From NCBI RefSeq assembly GCF_006345805.1, contig NC_042998.1, forward strand, positions 66,712,001 through 66,776,000: 64,000 nt of DNA, written 5' to 3'. This stretch comes from Octopus sinensis. Lineage: Eukaryota. Of the stretch, positions 54,925 through 64,000 are shown one piece after another. Both the position numbers and the translations under genes were made by a program. Within the stretch, counting starts at the first letter, position 1. Each line of letters starts with the position of its first letter. The notes under the pieces are model-generated. The model saw nothing but the letters and a program-made list of their open reading frames with translations. It did no database searches and had not been told where the DNA came from.

Positions 54925-55334
54925 ATTGGTGAATTGTTCTGTTCTGTTTTTGTTTTTCCAACGGATTTCCTTTTTTCTTCCTGAAGAGAAAGACACAATA
55001 TGGTCCCATTATTCAATCGGATTTTGGTAATTTGTGCCTTTCGAAACACGTGTAGAATGAAATAAAACGATTTCTGTTCAATCTGCGTTCAGCTCCATTT
55101 CTTCAATTCACCAATAATGTTTTAATTTCAATTATCCGCACCAACGCACGGTTGCAACGCCAGATGGTTGTACCTCCAACCGTGCTGTTTACTGCTGTGA
55201 TTTTTGCTACTAAGGTATCGGTTAAACTTTTGATTAATCTACTACAAGATTATTCATCTTTCTATTTCACATAATTATATATATATATATAATATATATA
55301 TACTGAGAGAGAGAGAGAAAGAGAGAGAAAGTGA

Positions 55335-55663
55335 GAGAGCCACGTTGATTACGGATGACCATGGAGTTGTAGCTAGACAGACACCTTCCGAGGCACAAGT
55401 CTAGGCAAGGTTCTGTATGGAAGACCAGCAGTTGCTCATGCACACCAGGCTCCATTCTCCATGTCACTGATGTTATCCAAGGAAAAAGCATAGGTCGATA
55501 CAGCTCGGCACCAGGGACCTCAAAACTCGTTTCTGCAGTTGAGTGAACTGGAGCAACGTGATATAAAGTGTCTTGCTCAAGAACACAACACAGCCCGGTC
55601 CAGCAAACGAACTCAGTACCTTGTGATTGTAAACCCGACGTTCTAAGTACTGAGCCTCCTGCC
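55335..55663 (-). mobile_element. tRNA-derived SINE sharing the acactttat.tcacgttgctccagt core
   Basis: Head ggcaggaggctcagtacttagaacgtcgggtttacaatcacaaggtactgagttcg; core gtgttcttgagcaagacactttatatcacgttgctccagttcactcaactg. Confidence 0.7.
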
Positions 55664-56474
55664 AAAAACACACACACAAGCACACAGACACCCATGTATA
55701 TATTTATACACATATATACATGCGTATCTGTGTATGTGGCTGTGTGGATGTACACCACACGTATGTGTCTATACGTACATGTCCTCTAATTGTTGCCATC
55801 AATATCTTAGTGTGATTGGAAACTTCAATATGCTTGGAGATATAGACAAAGTGTATTTCTCATATATTAAGGGAGACTGTGGTCCAAAATCTGTATTAAC
55901 AGATTTTAGCACTAATATGTTTGGGAAATGTAACAATGAAGCAACATAGCCAGTTCGGCAATTACCTTACTCAATTTGCCGGTATGAAAAATATTAGAAT
56001 AGCTATGAAGTAGCAGGTGTCACAATGTCTCCCTAAGGCATATTGAATACTTCAACTTAAAACTGCAACAAAATCTGGAAATAATCCAGTTCGCTGAGAA
56101 CTATGTAAATGGGTTCTTGAAACGATAAAATATCTAATGGGAATAAACTACACTAAAAGCTTGCTATGGAATACCGACACGTTAAGAAGATGTCAGTTTG
56201 AAGTTTACACATTAAATTAAGGAGCAAGAAAAATCGCCACAATATATCTTCTACACGACATAATACAAACGCGTCAGCTGCTTATAACTAAAGTATATAT
56301 GTATATAATTTTGTCCCTGGAGGTCGCTTATACACTACTAACCTAAAAACTTCCGTTTGGTAAATTCATTCTGTCAACTGAAATAGCAGCATAAGGTTGG
56401 AGATGTTGGCTCCGGGGATTTAAACAAATTTTAAACTATGATAAATTATTTGGAATGTTCTTCGTTGTAAAGGT

Positions 56475-56560
56475 TCCATCTGAAGACAACTGCTTCTTTA
56501 GAGTTATAAAAATGTACTCATTAATTAATTAAAGGAGTCTCTAGAAACGGCCGTAATGGA
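56475..56560 (+). ncRNA. Type I hammerhead motif with enlarged stem II
   Basis: TCCAT-CTGAAGA-[57 nt incl. CTTCTTTA/TAAAGGAG and GAGT/ACTC pairings]-GAAA-CGGCCG-TA-ATGGA. Perfect stem I, palindromic stem III, GUA triplet; the base of stem II is mismatched. Confidence 0.7.
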
Positions 56561-58128
56561 TTGACACCTGTTCTTCATTTGTTAATTATTTATGTACTAT
56601 TCATGTATCTCAGAACGTGCCCTTCGCATATTCCGAAGTTTATTACGGACTGTGCATTTAATAAAGTGTACGTGCAGGATAGCTCAAGAACGGATTGTAT
56701 ACTCAACTGAATCTAATTTTCTGCAAGCAGTACAGGAATTTCATTCTGTCGGTGCTTATATATACCAAGGCTAGTATTTGCAAATTACAGTGTGTATATT
56801 ATTGTGTATATTATTCTGACCTAACTAGGTGGACCAACTTAAGTACCTTAAGTGCCTTTTACAACTGAAATGTACATATATTTTCCATACATATGCGTGT
56901 GTGTGTGCGTGTATGTGAGTGTTGACTACGTATGTTTCGTATCCAAACTTCGTGTCGCATAAATCGTAACACATGCAAAAGATGTTTAGCTAATCCTCAG
57001 GCCCCATTAACTTCGAACCGTTTACATCGTCGCAAGGATAAGAATGAATGTTTGATTTTTATTCGCAAGTTTTGTACTTTTCGTCGCTAAACCGTTAGTT
57101 TATGTGACTGTCAGCTTACTGATATTTTCATCGATTTTTAAATGAAACGAAGCGTATAGTATACGCCAGTTACTAAACTTCATTTGTCTTATATTTTCGG
57201 CTTGTTGTCATCTTCACTAGCTGTGTACATATATCATGCTTACGAGGATTTTTTTCAAATCGCACTACCTTATAACTATGTGTGTGAGTGTGTGTGTGCT
57301 TGTGTGTGAGTGCTTGTGCGCGTGTATCTGCCTGTGTGTGTCTATGTGTGAGAGCTTGTGTACGCCCACGCGTTTAGTGATAGATGTGTGTATATGCGTG
57401 TATGTAGATTATGTAACACCAAAACTGAAGGTATTAATATATTTGGCATCAGTAAAAGAACGTTGTTCTGGGTAACATCTTTACTTTAAGAAACGTCGTG
57501 TTTACTGAAGAATTCTGGAACATATGGAAACAGAAGAGAATATAGCAGATAAACGCGTTGAGACAGATGAATTGCAGCAATATTGGTGGAATCTGAAACA
57601 AAGACTGCAATCAAGTTAAAACATCAGCAATATATTATTGATATTTGTAAACACAAAACCGGTTCTATTGTGAATTTGTTTTGCCTTGTTAACGTTGATG
57701 TGATCTGAAAATTATAAACGGAAGGTAATATTTCGGGAGAAACCTGAAAATGGAATTAGATAAAACTTAAATAACGAGGTGCCTGAAAATTCATTTTCGG
57801 AAATACAGTTACAGATTTAAATATATCAAACTGTCTTGACACTTAAAAAGCAAAGGATGAAAACTTGTGCTTCCTTTTGTTTAAGAAAAAATAATTTAAA
57901 TTTTACATTCTTCACACGAAACCGGTGGTCACCGAAAATAAATCTATCAAACTGTCTAAATCAGAAAACCCACGTTACATATACACATACGCACAAAGAC
58001 GGTAAGTGCGTGAACTTTTTAACTTTTAGACTTATAAATAATTGGACATCTCTCAGAAATCATAAGTTTAATGTCCTACAAATATAATGGTTTCCTATAT
58101 CAACATGTGAATAAAATTTATACATACA

Positions 58129-58186
<58 letters not shown>

Positions 58187-58586
58187 ATGGGTTGCGCTCT
58201 ACGTTTGCTCGAATAAGTGCAGAAGCCATTCTTGTTTCAAGAATTTTCAATATAAGGCTGTCAACTAATAATTGTTTTTATTATTACACACTTAAACTGA
58301 TGGAAACAATTTAAGGTAGAAGCATACTTATTGTTAGTAGATTTTGAGATTGATATATATATATATATATATATATAGTATCGCAGTCTTCATTGAAAGG
58401 TGGCCTCTTTTTAAAAGAAAGCTGTACGATTGAAGTTGTAAAATTGAATTCATGTTTTATGCTTTATAGCTAGACGTTTCATACTTGATCTTTGCACTAC
58501 ATATGTTTGTGTTTGTGTGTCAGTGTGTGTCAGCGTGTGTTTATTGAAACTGACTGTTCTGTGGTACAAATACTATACAGGCATTT

Positions 58587-58632
<46 letters not shown>

Positions 58633-58989
58633 TGCAATGGACTTCTGTCAGTTTCCATCAGCAAAATGAACTCACAAGTTTTGGGTCAACTCGTGACTAA
58701 AGTAGAAGACACTTTCCCAAGTGGGACTGAATTCGAACCATGTGGTTGGGTAGCAAACTTTTTACCCCTCAACTATGTCTATATATATCGCGAATGCCTG
58801 CTCGCTAAATCCACAACTACTTTTTATTCTCTCTCTGTTTTCTTTTATTACGCTCGAAACGTAAAAGACTGTCTCACTTCTCCGAGCATCAAACTAATAC
58901 ATCCGCTTGTTCATATATCTGTCTTCGTCTTTTGTTTTTCTGTAAATACACACACAAGCACACAAGCATACACACACACATACAGTTAA

Positions 58990-59502
58990 CAGCATACGAG
59001 TTAACTTGTCCAAGAGATCGCTCGTAAAGCGAAAACTCGTAAAAAAGTGCAATGATTTTCCATACTAGCAATGTTATGAATCGTAATTCGTACCCAGAAA
59101 ATATTTTACCTGTAAAATTTATGAAGCTCATAAATAAATGGCAATAAAACAATTGTAGAATGTAAAGAATATTTTATGTAAAGTGAAAAGTATGTCAAGA
59201 TCATTTATATTAAAAATATTATTATAATCGTTTTCTGATTCACTTTCACTCGCACTCGACTCGCACATATCAGTTGTAGACGCGATCAACGAATCACATG
59301 TAGACAGACTTGTAGTTTCTATTTTAAAAAACATGTCTAGAGTTGTTTACTTTTTCTCGCTCTCTATAAATTTCTCAGTTAAACGCAGAAGAATTTGTTA
59401 TTGTAGTAGAAACTTTTGCACCTCGTTCAAAATTAGGATGTAGTGCTTCAAAAATAAAATTCGGAAAACATGGGATCGCTTCACACGGTTCCTCGTAAAG
59501 TG
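58990..59502 (-). mobile_element. Possible piggyBac-like non-autonomous relic
   Basis: TTAA at 58986-58989 followed by cagcatacgag, loosely inverted with ctcgtaaagtg (59492-59502). Acidic Ser-rich minus-strand peptide CESSASESESENDY. Confidence 0.3.
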
Positions 59503-60594
59503 AAGAATTATTGTGTACATATATAAACACGTATACATATAAAAACATCTCAGACGTAACAAGTGCGTATACTTACATGAACAAGCATGAAAAAGACATT
59601 TTTACACAGATACACACACACACACATGCGCACCCGCACACACACTTAATTACAATGCGAAAACCTCATGAAGAAATGGAGACTGTGTTTTCACCACTGA
59701 CCAAAATTCAATTTTGTTAGCCACACGAATCAAAGTAAAATTCAAGCATCTTAGCCGTAAATATTCAAAGACGACCCACGTTGTTGAAGAAGCATATGAA
59801 AGTGGAATGTTCGTACACACATTCAGAGAAAATATACACCCTAAAAATTTATTTTCAATAATTACAAACGCTTTTGTTGAAGCACATCACAATCACTTAA
59901 AGTTAACACATAATGTAGAATAGATTTGTTCTTAATTATGTTAAACTTAATCACAAACATGCTCCAAAATCTCCTATTAAAAATCAAAACAACACACAAT
60001 ACCTTAAAAGTTATGCCAAATGTAACTTGTTCAAAAAGGTACTAATTAAAGTGGTTAACAAAAACAAAATTTTAATTAAATAACGTTAATTATTTTAGCT
60101 AATAAACTAAGTATAAATAGGTGAATTAATAAGATACCCTTTTGTGTAGAAATAACCAATAACGACGCAGAGCTAAGCCAGGACTACAATTCAACCATCA
60201 AAAAGCACAAACACGGAACCATGCACAAATTAATGAATATAAAATATCCCAGCAACGCAAAGTTGCTTCTTGTCTGGAGATCGCACTGCTGTTGGGCTCG
60301 ATCCACGAGGTAAAAGGGTTTCAGTACACACATTTATACATACATATACACGCACGCACTATCTGTCTCTCAGTCACGCGTTATTATTATTATTATTATT
60401 GCTGTTGTTGTTGTTATTATTATTATTGTTGCTTTTTCCAAATTCCCCCGCGATTTACTTTTCCCTTCATCCTTTCGAGGGTCGCTAAATTAAGTGCCAG
60501 TGAAACACTGGGATCGAAGTAATCGACTCATCCCTTGCCCTAAGGTGGCTGCCATTGTGGCAAAATTTAAAACCATTATTATTACTATTATCTA

Positions 60595-60655
<61 letters not shown>

Positions 60656-60699
60656 TATTATATTATTATTATTATTACTATTATTATTATGATTCAGTA

Positions 60700-62085
60700 G
60701 TATTATTTTTATAGCGTGCTTTCACTTCACTACCGAGCGCAGCTCTGTGTCCCTTGGGTATCTGCTGTGGTTTGTTGTGATGCTCTTATGGTTACTGTAT
60801 TGAAAGTGTTTTGCGTAGGGTGTGTGCAGTGCCCAGTAGTGCAATTTTCTGTATGTTGTATATATTTGTAAGTCCTGGTGCTTTTGTTACGTATTTGAAT
60901 ATTGTTTTACCATACGTAATGCGCCCACTATGATAGGAATTGTTTCTGTTTTTAGATTCTACATTCGAGTTACCTCTATTTCTAGGTCTTTGTATTTTCA
61001 AAGTTTCTCCATTTCTTTTAGAGAAACGTTGTCATCTGCTGGTATTGATACATCAATTAGAAACTATTTGTTTCCTTCATGATCTCTGATAACTATATCT
61101 GGCCTGTTTGCCGTAGTTTCTCTATCTGTTTGTATTGGAATATCCCAGAGTATGGTTGCTATCTCGTTTTCTATGACCATCTTTTTTCTGTTGTTATTCC
61201 ATAATGTTGGCATAGCTTCCAGTGTACGTAGCTCCCAACTCTGTCGCCTCTGTGATTATTCCTTCTTAGCCAGGACTGGGCAGCCAGAGATAATATGATT
61301 TATTGTTTCTTGTCCATCTCCACATATTCTGCAGTTACTTGTTATATTTCTTTTCATTATATGTTTTTGGGAAAGGCTTTGGTTTTCTGCTGCACTTAAA
61401 AATCCCTCCGTCTCTGCTTTGAGTCCTGAGATTCTCAACCATTGCTGGGATTTTTCTCTGTCTATTTCTTCTGCATTCAGTTTAGTCCAGTATTTGCTAT
61501 GAAGGGGCTTTTCTTGTCATTGTTTTATTATGGTCCGTTGCTGTTCTAGTTTTAGTTTGGATTTCAATTGCTTTATAGCTTTTGTTGTTTCTTCTTCTTC
61601 ATATTTGTTAGGTAATATGATTTCTTGTTTGTATTTGTCAGTTTCCTTAAAAACTGAGAACAGTTGTTTTCACTCGTGTTTTGCGGCTATTTGTATCAGT
61701 TTTCATTGCTTCAGTAGTAGGTATGTTTGCAGTTCTATGGTGGTTATTTTATAATAGTTTTCCAGCTTTATAACGCCTCTACCAAGTACTATACGTTGTA
61801 TATATAGCCTCTCAATGTCAGATTTTGGGTGGTGCATCCTAGATCCTGTCAGTATTTTTCTTGTTTTCCTGTTTATTTTGGTTAGTTCCCTTCGTATCCA
61901 CTTAAGAATATTATAGCTGTAACTTATAACTGGGACGGCTAAAGTCTTAATACCTATTATCTTGTTTTTAACATTGAGCTCTGTTTTTAGTATTCATCTA
62001 AATCGTCTATAATATTCTTCCTTTATTTTCTCTTTCATTTGTGTGTGTTGTATCATATCTAGTTCATGTTCCTAAATATTTGTAT
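60700..62085 (-). mobile_element. R4/Dong-like (REL-type) LINE, 5'-truncated
   Basis: KNKIIGIKTLAVPVISYS, MHHPKSDIERLY, GLKAETEGFLSAAENQSL, CRICGDGQETINHIISGCPVLA, QKIALLGTAHTLRKTLSIQ*, with an (AAT)n tail at about 60580-60700. Confidence 0.9.
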
Positions 62086-62169
62086 GTTTTATTATTATTA
62101 TTATTATCATTATTATTATTATTATCATCATCATCATCATCATCATCATCACCATCATCATCATCACCA

Positions 62170-62700
62170 TCATCATATTACTGAGAGAGCAGCGCATGCC
62201 ATCGATATGACAGTGGGGTAAAATATACGAAGCCCAGTATGCCCATCATGACAACCCGTCTGATAAGGGTGCACCAGGCACATGCATCACAACCATATGT
62301 GCGAGACGTGATTCCATATCAAGATAAACAGCACATGACCTTGCAGGTGGAGCCCAGTTAGAATTTTCTTCAGGTCGAGTAGCCCATCCTGCTCAAAAAG
62401 TCCCTGAATAAGGGTTGTTTAAGGATTTTGAACGAAAGACTCATTTTCCAAGTGTGAATTATTCAAACCCTAAAGAATTCCTCTCAACACATGGCTATAA
62501 TGCTGCCACACTACTTCTGCTCGTGATCAGAGATGCACATATCGTCAGCCACTAAGGGAGATGCTCAACTAGTTATGGTCAAACAATTGACAAGCAAATC
62601 TGTGGTATTGAGCAGAATATTTGCTGTAGCCTATCTGTAATACCAAGACAGAACAATGTACATGATAACACTTCCAACCAGTTAAGATCAGAAGCCATGA
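62170..62700 (-). mobile_element. About 500-bp retroposon family, copy 3
   Basis: Reverse complement of 29590-30010; tail expanded as (TGA/TAA)n at 62090-62175. Confidence 0.8.
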
Positions 62701-62736
62701 GAGCTATTGCCTTGTACTGCATCAGAGCAGTATCAT

Positions 62737-62760
62737 TATTATCATTATTATTATTATTAC

Positions 62761-62817
<57 letters not shown>

Positions 62818-63700
62818 GTTTTTCCTTCTTTCTTCAAATTTTCTTCCGTTTCTCGCCGAGTGTTTTCCATACACCTAGGGCAAAGAAGGGCATTGTATGC
62901 ATTCCCAGATTACATGCGCAAATTCACATATAAAATATGTATTTAAAAATTAATAAATAAATAAATTCATGGATGAATGTTATTTTCACAGCGATAGTGC
63001 TCTTCTCGGTACATGAGCCGTTCCAGTTAATACGATTTTTTGCACTTCCTGTAGGGATGGTAAGCCTGGAATCATTTTCAAATAGGTTTCAGTACCTTTT
63101 TTTTATCATTCCTAGAGGTCCTACAATCACTGGTACTGTAGTCGCCTTGAGATGCCACATTTTTTCAATTTCTATTAGCAGGTCTTTATATTTACTAATC
63201 TTGTCAAATTCTTTCGCCGCTATATTGTGATCACAGGGAATACTCATGTCAATTAATAAACACATCCGTTTTGTCTGATCTTTTATAATAATATCCGGTT
63301 TATTAGCTTTTATAGTCCTGTCGGTCTGCACAGGGAAGTCTCATAGAATCGACACATTTTCTCCCTCAGTCACAGCTTCAGGATGATGTTTATACCATTT
63401 GTCAGCGGCTTTGATTTTATAATGCCGACATATTGTCCAATGTAAATACTGGCCGACTCTGTCATGTGTTGCTTTATATTCTGCAGGTGCTAAGACTCTA
63501 GACCCTGAGATTAGGTGGTCTTTTGTTTCAATCTCATCATTACAGAATCGGCATTTTGGGTCAGCTCCATTTTTCATCACATTGGCTTGGTAGGTCTTGG
63601 TTAATAGGCTTTGGTCTTGAGCAGCTAATATGAAACCTTCACTCTCTGCTTTTAGCCCTGAGCTTCGTAACCATTGGTGCGTGTGTTTTATTATTGGTTA
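62737..63700 (-). mobile_element. R4/Dong-like LINE 3' end (zinc knuckle plus REL endonuclease)
   Basis: ESEGFILAAQDQSL, CRFCNDEIETKDHLISG, HDRVGQYLHWTIC, ANKPDIIIKD..CLLIDMSIP..KEFDKISKYKDL, VPVIVGPLG, and a (TAA)n tail. Confidence 0.92.
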
Positions 63701-63720
63701 TTATATGCATATATATAATG

Positions 63721-63770
<50 letters not shown>

Positions 63771-63819
63771 CATTATTATTATCATTATTATTATTATTAT
63801 TATCCTCATCATCATCATT

Positions 63820-64000
63820 ATTTTGGTTTGACTCAGGTTCGGTCTTATTCCTGGTAGTAGGTTACTACCTGTATCCAGTGCTTAAAACCTTTCTGATAAT
63901 CCTTGCTGTCCCTAAGAAACAAACTGTCTGTAGGAACTCTAACGGGCATTCTATTTCAATCTTCGTCAGCCAGTTGGTTATATCTTTGCCCACTGTTCCC
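63820..64000 (-). mobile_element. 3' end of another R4/Dong-like LINE, running off the window
   Basis: GTVGKDITNWLTKIEIECPLEFLQTVCFLGTARIIRRF, similar to the 34900-35010 end. Confidence 0.7.

Overview
This is AT-rich, microsatellite-saturated eukaryotic genomic DNA, intronic or intergenic. The SINE families, (TA)n/(TATC)n/(AAT)n arrays and LINE types point to a coleoid cephalopod, probably Octopus (inference). No intact protein-coding gene is recognisable, and almost every ORF in the supplied track is a microsatellite artefact. There is one plausible host exon (26540-26638, minus strand). Most of the window is dead mobile DNA: a near full-length CR1-clade LINE (16.4-19.9 kb), a Tx1/L1-clade LINE relic, several R4/Dong/NeSL-type LINE 3' ends with a restriction-like endonuclease (REL), Penelope-like (PLE) relics, many tRNA-derived SINEs, and Tc1/mariner and hAT MITEs. 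The main signal is RNA-level. Six minimal type I hammerhead ribozyme (HHR) motifs from five sequence-unrelated families are present, all with a palindromic stem III implying dimeric folding. One lies in a 352-nt terminally redundant, retrozyme-like unit (42928-43354). Two lie in an inverted dimer of a tRNA-headed SINE with an HHR tail, inserted with an apparent TSD into the Tx1 relic (8008-8605). The window also holds several long fold-back inverted duplications, including a perfect 94-bp-arm palindrome. All motifs were read and folded by eye; no searches were run.
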